From assembly GCA_951804945.1 (NCBI GenBank), contig OX638164.1:12524001-12588000 (forward strand): DNA of 64,000 nt. Direction: 5' to 3'. This stretch comes from Podarcis cretensis (taxonomy: Eukaryota). This document shows, piece after piece, positions 12,391 to 24,772 of the stretch. Position 1 is the first letter of the stretch, and every line of letters begins with the position of its first letter. The translations under genes were made by a program, and so were the position numbers. The notes beneath the pieces were generated by a model that was given only the letters and a program-made list of their open reading frames with translations, did not search any database and had not been told where the DNA came from.

Positions 12391-15300
12391 TAAATGCTGG
12401 CGTTAGAAAGGAAAAGTACAAGTTCCATGTTCCTTTTGCAAGTTCTGTGGGTATGTGACCCCAAAATGGAACCACGTGTGTCCACTTTGGAGCCACTGAC
12501 CTGTGCGTGGTACCTTCCACTCCCCCCGTTCGTAGGGCTTGGCTTGTTGCGTGTTTGGCTTGCTCATTTGCATGCAACCTCAGCTGCAGGGACAATTCGT
12601 GAAATTAGTATATTTAGAATTGATGACATACTGCGGCCCTTGCAGTGGTTTCACATGTCACTCTCCCAAAGAAGGGTCTGTCTGAGACGCTCTCTGCTTC
12701 ATTACAATGGAGAAGACAGCCGACTGATTTTCCTAGCAACCACTAGAGGCAGATGGCTGAATCAGCCTGCTTTTTCCTGTGCTGCAAGACACTTTGCCGG
12801 GAGAAAGGAGCCCTGTTCTTGGAAGGAGTAGCAGTAATCTGGGATGGGAATCTGTGGCCTTCCATATGTTGTTGGCCTCTCAACACCCATCAGTACCGGC
12901 TAACATAGCCAGCAGCTTGGGATGATGGCTGCAGTGGTTGAAATTGAGGAGGCCAGCACTAGGACTGGGAGGGCCATTGTGTTTGATTTGATTTGTGCTT
13001 TGGGAAGAGTCTCTTTCCCCCCGCATATGAAAGCTTTAATGCCTATTAAGGCTGATACATGCAATTATTACTAAACCATTGTGTTCTTAAAGGAACTTTT
13101 TTCTGAATATCTGAACTTCTTTTTTAAAAAAATGATTGCTAGACACCTTTGGTGTAGAAGAAGAGCAAGGTAAAAACTGTAATGAAATAAGTAAGTAAAA
13201 GAGAAGGGTATCTGCTCCCTTCCCCAACCTTCAGGAAGGAAAGAAGGAAGGAATTTAAATACACATGTCCATGCCAATGTGTGAAATGATCCTTAGGGAA
13301 TGGGATGTGTGCAACTAATATACTACCTTGGGTATTTTACAGACAGGCACACCAAAGCTTTTGATGTTAAATAAGAACAAATATAAAAAAGGACACAGGG
13401 TGGTATAAGGTTTTCCCTGGCCTCCTTACTGAAGAAGCTCACGCTTGTGAAGTTAAACTCTTTCTGCCTAAGATTTGTCTGCCAAGGAAACCCCGTGCAC
13501 TTTCTTCAGGGCAACCTTCCCTGATCATCTTGTTCCTAGGAGGTGCAAAGCCCTTTCCAAACAATATGACACTGAGTTAGATAAAGTGAGTAGCACTGTA
13601 ATAAATCAAAGCTATTTAATAAAAATTACTGAATCGCTTTTTTTTAAAGTATCAAATTGTATTTAGAAAAAGGTGTCTTGGCATTCCCATAAAGGTCCTT
13701 TTCAACTCAAGTAATTGGATTTCTTACTTCTTCTTTTTTAAAACAGCTTATGAAAGATGCAAAGGAGAAACCCCTCTTTTCCTTTAAGCCACCGCAGTCC
13801 ATATGTAATGTTTAAGGCAATAAGAATGCTAGAGATCTAATTTCTTTTCTGTGCCTAGCCTCAGGTCGCTGTGCAGCTGCATCCAAAGCCCAACAAATGT
13901 TATTTTTGTATTTGAAGCAGTGAACGAATGGCAGTGTGAATTTGCCCTGATTCACCCATGCGAGGGACCAATTTGGCAGATCATCCATCTTGTTCACTGT
14001 ACACTGTCAGGGATGGCATGAATTCCGTACATGATAAACAGATTTCTCCTCAGATCTGTGTCCTTTAACCCACAGCAAGGTCAAAATGACGGCTGCCTGG
14101 TTAATAAAACTGCATGGTGCTGGTTCAAGCCCCCCTCTCTAATTTTGTCCCTGGTGCCAGCTTAAAGAAATCGCAAACTACAGCAGCTGTGAATTTTCCA
14201 TGCAAATCTCGGACCACACAATGCAAACCCCACACAGAAATAATACCGGTGTTGGATGGAAATAAAAGGAGAAATGACGGAGAATAATTTGGGGAGGAGG
14301 AGAAAGTCAAGTCAGGACTAAATGGAAGCATTGCACTTAACAGCTACCTTTTCCCAACCTGCATGCACCCAAATCTGCTGTCAGCCTGACCATTTGATTA
14401 CTGGTGAAATGTTATATCACTTGCATTTGCTTTGCGATTTTCATCGGAAACACACAAAGGGATATGAGGTCTCTCCACCCCACCGCAAGAAAAAAATAAT
14501 CATATATTCAATATGTGATTTCTACAGCCTGTATTTGTAGGGGTCACTATGTGTTCTGGACAGTAGACTAGGGAAATTAAGGGAGAATGGTGTAAGAGAA
14601 AGGACTGGAAGTATTATTTTGCCCCCTTCCAAAACCCCCAAGCTGTTCAAAGATGGTCAGGCTGCTCACTAGGGATGGTGCTATCTAGCAGTTAAGGGTT
14701 GCTCAACCCTCTTTCCATTTATAATATGAGCCCAAGGTGGCTCATTTGAATAATTAAAACAATAGTTTTAAATAAAATAAAATAAAAAGCCCAACCCAAA
14801 AAATACACGTTAAAAATAGTCCAGAGCAGCAGATAAAAAGCACCAAAAGTAAGATGGCCAGACACTCCAAGCAGGCCAAATACCTGCCAGAATAAAAATC
14901 TTCAAACTGCTGCTTTCCTCTTGATTCAGAGGATTTTCCTATGGTACCCCATCTCCCTTGTCCTGCAGGAGCCAAAAGGTGCAGAGTAAGTTTAGGGCCC
15001 TTTAACAACCAGCCAGCTTGTAGAGACAACAGCTGTCTCTGAAGGACCCTGGGAGCTCTCTAAGGTCCTGCAGGTAGTCTAACTGCCTTGAACTCCTGCC
15101 TTGGCCTCTTGATGGGGCATAAAGATATGTATATGTATATACATATATCTATGGGCATAAAAAAGATAAATAGACAGTCCCATCAAGAGTGAACACAAAC
15201 AATAACATGGTGGCAAATGTAACTATTTTTGCCTGTGTTGTGAGGAGGTGCTATTTGGGGTAGTGAAATGCTTTGCCTCGTTTTTTAGGGTGTGAATTTA

Positions 15301-16172
15301 TGGGTAGCTAGGGCAGCAAAGTCTCTCTGTGCTTTGCACCTTTTAAACACACTCACTGTGGGGACAGGAGGTCTTTGTGTGACTCTTTGGTGTCTGCGGT
15401 GGCCATTGATTTCCCATAATGCCTCAGCCTGCATGGAATTATGCTGCAGACCTTCCAGTCCTTAACTACCCCTTTCCCCCCACCCCCTTTAAAAAAAGTG
15501 AGTTGAATGATTTTGCTCTCCAGAAGTTGAAATCCGTCTCCCCCAATCTGCAATCCACAAATGGTGCGGAGGGCATTTTGGCCTACCATTTTCAAAAACG
15601 AGCTTGTCTGAACTTGACTTTTGTGGAGCTGCTTGCTGAACTCCACTCTGCCGGGCTTTCTTTGGGTTTGACTGCTAAAGAGAAATCTGTTGCTCTGAAG
15701 GGGCAAACCTGAACCAGCCAGCCTGCCCTCTTAGCGGGCTCATAAATAAAGCTGCTTTGCAGCATGATCAATCAGTATTTATTTGTTTAGGTTAAAGGTT
15801 GTAACAAAGAAGGCGGTACACAAAATGACAAACTGTAAATCAGACAAAATGACAAATCCCAACATGTACACACAAACCCGTAAATCAAAGATTTGACTGG
15901 CTAATTTGATGCACTCTATGAATTCTGTCCCCACTGCAACTCTGTCCTCTGTCTCACAGGAGTGCACCTGTTTACTGGGTTCTGTGAGATGTTTTTCTAC
16001 ATCTTGACTCCCTGGTTCATGGATACATAGCCTCCCAAGTCGGCTGAAGCAAGCTCTCCTTCCCAAGGAGTCTGTATAAGCTTCTTTGTTCTCTGTTCCC
16101 AGCTGAATTACTTTTCTTCTAAGCACACCCCATCCTTTCCCCATTCTAGCCAAAATTATACTAGGAGCTTCA

Positions 16173-16306
16173 ATTGTAGAGTTGGAAGGGACTATGGGGG
16201 TCATCTAGTCCAACTCCCTGCAATGCAGGAGTCTTTTGCCCAACGTGGCGCTTGAACCCACAACTCTGAGATTAAGAATCTCATGCTCTACTGTGTGAGC
16301 TATCCC
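16173..16306 (-). mobile_element. SINE with tRNA-Lys(CUU)-derived head and CR1-like 3' tail
   Basis: Minus strand ggatagctca...gtagagcatgagattcttaatctcagagttgtgggttcaagcgccacgttgggc resembles tRNA-Lys-CTT; followed by cctgcattgcagggagttggactagatg...cccttccaactc, like the CR1 3' end at ~2945-3017. Confidence 0.8.
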
Positions 16307-17553
16307 AACATTCAATGACTGGGGCTCATCTATGTTCTATGATGTCAGACGATGACTCAGGGGGCTATGCAGCAAATTAGCCAATCATTGTATTAAAGAA
16401 GAGATCTTATTAACAAGGCCACTTTCTAGACCAGCTAGAAAGGCAAAACTTTCTTTGCTTATAGAATGTCCTTGGTGTAAATTGAGGGATCCCTTTCACA
16501 GCTATTTCTCAAGCAACTTTTATTGAATTTCATAACAGCGGTTGGTTTCACCTCTGGTTAAAACAAATGACCGCAAAATGATCTAAGAGATCATTTTGGA
16601 TTCCTAACCTGCAATGTACCTGGAAGTCGCACCCACCTGCAAGTAGTAGGCTAAAACCAGTTTAGCTGGCCTAATGGAAGTCATTCAGATTTTTGTTAGC
16701 AGTTTGGATTTCACAGGGCTCAAAAACTGCTTTGGATTTGGAAGACTGCTGAAATTCCAATGGCTAGTACTGTCTGCACACTTACTATGCATCCCTGTGA
16801 TAAGGGACCAGCCAATAGATTGTACACAAAACACTGCAAGGAACGCAGAAGTTTCCAGGAGCCTTTTTTCCGAAAGGAACTGGTTCTATAAAAAGTGACC
16901 CTGGATTTCCCACCATGTGGGGAACGGGGAGCGTAGAACAATGCACAAGATGAAAAGGAAGTGGAACACATGTGGACACGTTCATTCTCTCGCTGCTTCT
17001 CAAATCACAGAAACACACATCTTTCCTCAAAAATCCAACACCACCAGGTTCAAAAATTTGAAAAGTGACACTGAAAATTCTATGATATTTGTGAACAAAT
17101 AGAAGACATTTTCAACAGTGTGTGGAGGATTGATTCCGCAGTGCGCAAGCATGACAGAGGCTTTACATGATACATTTGCTCAGCACCTGTATCACTCAGC
17201 TCTCTGACAGGACAAAGAGGCAAATCCAGGGTGTGTGTGTGTGGCTGAAAAAGAGCAGCAGCAGAGAAGGTCCGATGGAGGGCTCCTTTGTGCAAATGCA
17301 GCTTCGCTGATCTGAGCCTTTAGCAAGAAGGCAACATAGCTTAAAGCGACATTTTTCCTGCCTACAATAAACAGGGGTTCCAAGCAGGTTTGTGTTTAGA
17401 AGTAGTGAGGAAGCAGACTTCCAAGCAGACTAGCACCACAGTAGAGCATTCCTTAGAATGAGGCTGCATGAAAAACAATGGAGGGAGTCAGAGTTCCAAT
17501 AGCCATACCTGGAGGGCCACTGGTTCTCCATTTCAGCTCTAAACCAACCAATA

Positions 17554-17794
17554 CGGTGGTACCTCGAGTTACAAACACCTCAGTTTACAAATGCTTCAGG
17601 TTACAAACTCCGCCAACCTGGAAGAGTTACCTTGAGTTGAGAACTTTGCCCCAGGATGAGAATGGATACCGTGTGCTGGCGGCGCAGCGGCAGCAAGAGG
17701 CCCCATTAGCGAAAGCACGCCTCTAGTTAAGAACAGTTTCGGGTTAAGAACGGACCTCCAGAATGAATTAAGTTCATAACTAGAGGTACCACTG
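17554..17794. mobile_element. Tc1/mariner-type MITE (CAGTGGTACCTC TIR family)
   Basis: TA|cggtggtacctcgagtta ... taactagaggtaccactg|TA. Confidence 0.9.
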
Positions 17795-18011
17795 TACTTA
17801 AAAAGGGAACTACTGTGGATGGTGTGTGCCCAGGCCTCAGAAGAGAGCAGAGGTCTGTGCCATCAGCTCCTGAAGATTGGCACGTAGCACGAGGCCAATG
17901 GATTGGCCAGGCCTGGCATAAGCATTTAGAGCTTGGCTGTCTACCTTTGTCTGGTCAATGGACCTGCTGCACCTCAGGATCCCACATGCAGATCAGGTGC
18001 CTTAACCTTAA

Positions 18012-18357
18012 AGGTAAAGGTAAAGGGACCCCTGACCATTAGGTCCAGTCGTGGCCGACACTGGGGTTGCGGCGCTCATCTCGCTTTACTGGCCAAGGGA
18101 GCTGGTGTACAGCTTCCGGATCATGTGGCCAGCATGACTAAGCCGCTTCTGGCGAACCAGAGCAGCGCACGGAAACACCGTTTACCTTCCCGCCGGAGCG
18201 GTACCTATTTATCTACTTGCACTTTGACGCGCTTTTGAACTGCTAGGCTGGCAGTAGCTGGGACCGAGCAACGGGAATTCACCCTGTCATGGGGATTCAA
18301 ACCACCGACCTTCTGATTGGTAAGACCTAGGCTCTGTGGTTTAGACCACAGTGCCAC
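18012..18357 (-). mobile_element. Sauria SINE, nearly full length
   Basis: Reverse complement of the 12039 copy; aaggtaaaggtaaaggg tail; TSD aaccttaa at 18004-18011 and 18358-18365. Confidence 0.9.
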
Positions 18358-21040
18358 AACCTTAAGGGTCCCTAAACTGGGGAAGGCACCCCTTTCAGTT
18401 CAGGGTCTGGCATGGCCACCTGCAATGCCTGTCTCACTCTGGTATGGGGCAGCTTTTCCTCAAGAAGCAGCAGGAGTCGTCTAAAAACTCATCCTTGCCT
18501 GCCAGCCAGAGACAAGGTTATTAAACCCATGAATATAACCATGAATGAACAAGTGCAGGCCCCATGCACAAGAGACCAAGAAAGAAAGACAGAAAACAAC
18601 AGCAAAGACAAAATCCACCCTTATGCATACAACTGGGGGGAATTACTAAGGAAGAAAATGAGAAATAAATACTACACTCTCCAGATAGCAAGCAGACAAA
18701 GGCCATGTTCAATCGGAAACTGGAGTGGACTGAAAAGCAGATTCACTATGATTTGCCAAGATATGTCTACCATTGATCTGATCCACTATTTAAATTCCAG
18801 TGCACGGCCCTCGATCTCCAGTAATAATAACCCAAATTCCATTTAGTGTTCATTTGAGCAGTCAGGATAAAGTCATTTCTTATTATCTCCCCACTGTGTA
18901 AAAAACAGCTTGAAGGTAGGAAGTCAGCAAGCATTTCCACCAAAAAGTAATTATCGGGAGTGACATTTTTACTGCTGGCGTGCCATAAGGCGGACTGCGC
19001 AGTTGGAAGGACAAGCCGCTGAAGCAAAATGACAGGCCATGCCGTGACATTCCAGCAAAACCCAGACATTATTTTCCTGGCGGTTGGGTCTGATGTACCA
19101 CTTCTCATTAAGTCCAGGGCCTGGGCTTCAGGTTCATGCCAAACTAGTCAAATCCAAAAGTTATGTATAAATTAATACCGGGGGGCGGGAAAGGACCAAC
19201 CAGAGAGGGCAGGCAGCTGCTGTGAACTTCTGCTGGGAAGGGTTCCCTGCTCTGGCCATGGCTTCAAAAAAGAAATCGGAAACACATGGCTGTGGAACGT
19301 CTACCAAGGGCAGTTCAGGGTCTCTCTTTACCTTTTGATACACCTTCAGGGGGTGGGGGAGAAATCTGAGGATTGCCACAGCAGTGCTTTTCCAAGTTTC
19401 TCTTGAGAAAACCTTTTCCATATAGGCTGGGCTATCAAGGGACCCCTGCATGGCTGCCATGGATTTTGGGGACACACTTTAAGTCACACACTCATGCCAC
19501 AGGTTAGGCCCACTGCCACCCTGTGTGAACAAAGAATGTTGGGGAAGATCAGAAGTTGAGGGCAAAGTGTTGTTCAATGAAGTTTCTCTGCCACTATTGA
19601 TCTTTTCACTGAAGAACATCCATAGCCCCCACAACTGAGCTTGAAAACTGAACAAGAGGGACACGAGCTGCTCAAAGGGGCCAGTGATGGCACTCTTGAT
19701 GTCATCAGGATGAGACAGACTGCTAGACACAATAGCAACATCCAGTCAGGGATATTGCCTTCCCTTGTTAAGTCGGGATTCACAGGCAGACCATCCCCAA
19801 ATCTACTCACCCAAGTGCAGAGGCCAGCCAGCACAACCAGTAACTTTCCCATGTGCTACGCTAAGGTATATTTGTTTGGGTACATCTTTTGCTGCTCTAT
19901 GTCTTAGGTGTCACTTAACACAAGGTGCTATAAAACAACTGTGGCCAAGCATTGGCAACTATGCCTCCCTTCCCTAATGGTTTTCACAATATGGGCATTC
20001 TTCCATAAAGGTGTTCTGTTTTATTATTGACCTGACCCAACCCAAAGGATAACGGGGGGACAAAATAAAAATGGAATGAATGAGCAACAGATTCCATAAC
20101 ACTGTAGTGTGTAATGAAACAAGAGTCAATGATTTGCTTTTCATACCCTAATTCTGCTCTGTGGTAACGTAAACCCACTGCTTTTTATCCTTTCCAAGAG
20201 ATACTTTCCCTAAGGATGTAAAAACAGCCCTGTTGAATAAACTGAAAGGCAATCTAGTCTAGCATCCAATTTTTTTAAATAGAGGACAACCTGATGCCTT
20301 TGGAAAGCCCTCAATCAGAGCACGAAGGTAGTTCTCATCTTGTCTGTTTCCAGATGTACACTGTTTTGTGACACAGAAGTTAGATCAATCCTCCTCCATG
20401 ATTTTGTCTAATCCTCTTTTTACGTAATCTAAACTCAGAGGTCTTTGTAATGCGCCTTGGCACAATGAACCATCTAGCAAACTGAGAGGACTTCACTTTC
20501 TCTCTTAAGTCAAGCTGCTGTGGTCCCATAAAGTGCACTAAGACTTGAACTAGTATTCTGGATTAGTTTTTTAATGGATAATATTATTATGTAAGTAAGG
20601 TTTTTTCCTTGTTATATATTAAGTTTATATTATTTCATTGTAATATTGAATTCATCTTATGTTTATTGAATTGTTTTTGCTTTATTTGAACTTTAGATAT
20701 GCTTTGTGACAGATTCTGCCCCTTCCCCCAAATGTTACATACTTTGATAAGTTGTGACAGCCGTTGTGATGTAATAGATTGAATGCTGAACTTGTTAAAG
20801 TTCGTTGGGTGACTACTTCTTAGCCTAACCCACCTCGCAGGATTGTTGTGAGGATAGACTGGGAGGAGATCCATGTACACTGCACTCCAGGGAGTAGATA
20901 AAGGTACTTTCAAATGCCCATCAGTTTAATTGGGTGATTCTGAGTTCTAACATTATTCTTTCCCGTTGTAAAACTTAAAGTAATTATCACAGCATACCCA
21001 TGCACAGGCTCTTTAGGCAGGTTGATGGGTGAACTGAGGC

Positions 21041-21520
21041 ATCAGAGTTCGAAGGGTATTTTGGCCATCAAGTCCAACCCTTTGTTCAGTGCAGGAAATC
21101 CAGAACCACAGCATCCCCCAGCAGATGGCTTTCCAGCTTCTGCTTGAAGGCCTTGAGAAAGAGGGAGCCCGCCACACCTCTCAGTCTTTGGTTCCATTCC
21201 TGAACTTCCTTACTGTCAGAAAGTTTCTTCCAATGCTTAATTGAAGTATACCCTCCTGTAACTTCAGTCTATTACATTGAAGTCCTGCTCTCTGAGGTAG
21301 CTGCACAGAGAGCCAAGTCTTTGCTCTTTGGGTATTTTAAGAACCCCCCACAAAACCTTCTCCATGCTAAATAACATACCTGGTTCCTTCAACCTTTCCC
21401 CACAGAACCAATTTTCCTTACCACTGGCCCTTTTCACTGCCATCCACCCAACCCACAGCAATTTGCCTAGATACTTTTAACAATGTGGCACCTGGAACTT
21501 AACCATGGTACTTCAGAGGA
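21041..21520 (-). mobile_element. CR1 LINE 3' fragment (degraded)
   Basis: CR1 3' UTR motifs (gaagggta...agtccaaccc); degenerate ORF2 remnant (ERLKEPGMLFSMEK) in ORF 21264..21461. Confidence 0.7.
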
Positions 21521-21869
21521 ATGGACCACTTTCCTCCAGCATAGGCCACTGTTGTCTTCTACATGGTCACACTACAAATCTATCTAGCCAAGTGGGGTCT
21601 TCTCTAGCTGGCAGGAGCTTTCCAAGGTCTCAGGCACAAGCAGGGGCCTTCCCCAGCTCAGAAACCCAAGATCCTTCAACTAGATATGCTGAGGACTAGA
21701 GGACTTCTGCGGACAAGGAGTCCCACCCCCATTCAGACCCCTTCCCTCTATTTTGGGAGGTTATTCTTTACCACAAGCCCTTGACTGCCGCCAACTAGGC
21801 TGGTCCTTTTTCACTCTGTGAATATTTGCCTCCCTGCTTCCAAGAGCCAACAATGCTCCTGCAAACCGC

Positions 21870-22240
21870 CCTGAAGTTATAATAAAAGCTATTAAGGTAC
21901 ATTATTTTACACATCCTCACATTTGCGCCATCCTGCTTTCCTTAATTTGTGATTAAAAAAAATTGTTGAGAGAGGGTACTTAAATGTAGGACAGTCAGTA
22001 AAAAGTAATTTATCATCTTCCCGCTTCGGTGGATGCGCTATCAGCCAACTCATTTTCCGCATTCATCATGCAATCAGCCTATTATTTGCATATTAATCAG
22101 GCAGTGGACCATGAACGAGCCGCATCCCAGCCAAATGCTGTACTCTCTCAGGAGGAAGACTCAGTAATTATCATACATCAGTGTTATGATGTGGTAATTG
22201 ATTATAACATCTTTCTGTTGCCCCTGGGGAGTCCCAATGC
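21870..22240. promoter_or_regulatory. Candidate conserved non-coding element/enhancer in intron 20
   Basis: No recognisable repeat; dense in TAAT/ATTA cores; octamer ATTTGCAT at 22084-22091; several retained CpGs. Conservation is inferred, not measured. Confidence 0.5.
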
Positions 22241-22257
22241 TAACCCAGCCCTGGGCC

Positions 22258-22261
<4 letters not shown>

Positions 22262-22303
<42 letters not shown>
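22262..22303. repeat. (TC)n microsatellite
   Basis: Direct reading. Confidence 0.97.
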
Positions 22304-22305
<2 letters not shown>

Positions 22306-23269
22306 TCCCTCCCTCTCCCCTTGCTCAGTGTTTTCCCTTCTCTTCTGCTCCCTCCCCTCCCCGTTGCAATTAGTGCATTTTCAAGTTACTTTTCTCATTT
22401 TAAATAATCATAGGTTGAAGAGGTGGCAGGAAATCAATTCTGCCGGAACAGAAGATAAAAATATAGAGAGAAGATCACTGGGAAGTTCTGCTGGCCTGGG
22501 CAAACCTCGCTGAAACAAACAGGAGGCTTACGTAGGAGAATTTCTCCAGGAGTTGCTGCTCCTCCCGTTATTTATAAAGTGCCTACGTTTTTGTACGTGC
22601 TTCACAAAGCCGAAAAACAAACAAGCAGTCCCTGTCTGTCGCAGCCTTACATGTGTTTAATTGTGTCTAATTATAAACATGAAAGAAAAGGAAAATGGCA
22701 ACCATAAAGAACATTAAAGGGATGAGGATGAAGGTACTCTAGCACAGCTTCTTATTTTCCACAGTGACCAAAGAGATGCCTCCAGGAAGCTCCCCAGCAG
22801 AGCTTAAAGGCTGCTACTTATGGTGGTCAGCTGGAAGCACGGCATGAAGGCAATTGGCATTCAGCACCATGCTGCCTCTGAATATGGAGGCCCCAGTTGG
22901 CCACCACGCTAACAGCAATTGACAAAACGTCTCCTCTTACGGCAAGCTGGCAACCACCATTGCATCTTGTAGCACTAAATTCCATAAATTAATCCCATAT
23001 TAAGAATGTAAGAGCAGACCCAGGCTGATCAGATGAAAACTCACGTCTATAGCCCAGCACCCTGTTTCTCACAGTGGCCAACCAGGATGCCTCTGGGAAA
23101 CCTGTAAGCATGAAGACTATAGGCTTCTCCTGCTGTTTCTGTCCCCCATGCTGCCTCTGATCCTGGAGAGAGCAGCACACAGGCACCATTGGATGGGCAG
23201 ACCACCCTAAATTCACCAAATCCCTTTTTAAAGCCATTCAAGTTGGCAGCCATCGCTAAATCTTATGGC

Positions 23270-23720
23270 AGCAAATTCTGTGCATGGTGTGAAGAAGGCC
23301 TTCCATCTTTGTTGATTCCAGTATCGTGAAGGAGGGAGAAAACCCTGTTTTGCGACGACATGTCATTTCTGAATCCTCATGACCAATGAATTTCAAGTTA
23401 TTGTATTAGGAGGGGGGAAAATCTCTATCCACTTTCTCCACATTGTGTCTGTAACCCATGATTGTGCCCCACTTCGTTGTCTTTTTCCTGAACGGAAAAA
23501 CTTCAAATGATTCAGCCTTTGCTGGTAGAGAGAACGCTCCAGCCACCTGACTGGCCTGTTTTCCTGCTCTGCGGTGCCATTTTTGAGTAGAACTGACTGG
23601 GACTGTGCACAGTATTCCAGACATCGCTGCACTGCAAGATTTATATTAAGGCATTGTAATACTGGCTCCTTCCCAGCGGTTGGGGCCCAGTCAAACAAGA
23701 TTTTGTCCTGCGCAAGCCTC
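23270..23720 (-). mobile_element. CR1 LINE ORF2 C-terminal fragment (degraded)
   Basis: CLEYCAQSQS...LERSLYQQRLNHLKFF resembles the CR1 motif HLEYCVQFWS...YEERL..LGLF. Confidence 0.7.
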
Positions 23721-23754
23721 ACTGAAACGGAAGGGGCTTATGCAAGAGAGCACT

Positions 23755-24772
23755 TGTCATGTTTTGGTTGCTGCATACCATGGAGACTGCAGCAAGGTTT
23801 GGAAACAGGTTGCGTGAACATGGACAGCTCTAAGTGAGCAACTTGCTTTGACAAAGGTTGGGATAAGACTGGGGCCTTTTCAGCCTCCGTTTCCAGACTG
23901 CCTCCTCCAAGCCTAACCACCCTGAGGAGAATATCGAAGCCTGAAAGGGTCAACTCTCCGACCTGAATATGGGCACTGCTCCATAGGCTCCCTCCTTGTG
24001 TTGCCGGACTGGTGATATGTCTTCAAACTCAGGAAAGGCTTTGGCCCTTCTGGGATGTTTGTCTGGCGGCTCCTGCCTAACAGCCTCAGGTGCAATGGCC
24101 TTCCTATCTTCAGCAACTAGCTCTGAGCCGGAACCTGACCTGGCCCTTGCAACCTCCTCCTCAATGTCCAGATCACAGCTAGTTTCTTTTTTTATAACAT
24201 TTTTAAAATTACCTTTCAAATTTTACAAAGAATAAATCTCTCAGATCCATTGACTTCCCATGGTGTTCTTTTCTTACCTTATAAAGCTGCTATATTACTT
24301 ATATTTTACCCATTATAAACACTGATTATAAATTATTAAACTGCAATTTTCATCCGCTGCTATACTTCAAATCCTGCATATGTTTTAACATAACCATAGG
24401 GGGTTTTTTTCAAGTAATCCACAAAATATTTCCATTTTTTTATTTTTTTTCTTCATTCTGTTCTTTAATTCTCACACTTAATCTAGCCAGCTCAGCATGT
24501 TCTGTCATCTTCATAAGCCAATCTTCTTTCACTGGGACTAGATCACAGCTAGATTCAAAGGTCCTGATAGGGCTTGCTGCTGCTGGATCATGCCTGGGAC
24601 GTTTATTTGCAGCCATCCCTTCTGCCTACGCTTCCACGCTATTGCTTGCATAATATGTTCTTTCTGCCCCGCCATCAGATAAAACAAAACACTGCAACCT
24701 CTGAGGGTAGCAATTGTGAAGTTTTTGGACAAAAGGCAGTTTCAAGCTGCTTTATTTAGGTACCAACTGACA
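23755..24772. mobile_element. Candidate solo-LTR-like element interrupted by the L1 fragment
   Basis: TGTCA...TGACA termini and a more GC-rich interior on both sides of the L1 TSD; no matching flanking TSD found. Confidence 0.35.
24183..24539 (-). mobile_element. L1/Tx1-like LINE 3' end with poly(A) and 13-bp TSD
   Basis: TSD agatcacagctag at 24170-24182 and 24540-24552; T-rich tract at 24183; minus-strand peptide PVKEDWLMKMTEHAELARLSVRIKEQ. Confidence 0.8.

Noticed and set aside
16237-16306. Functional tRNA-Lys gene
   Set aside because: The D-arm and acceptor stem are degenerate and it is fused to a CR1 tail, so it is a SINE head.
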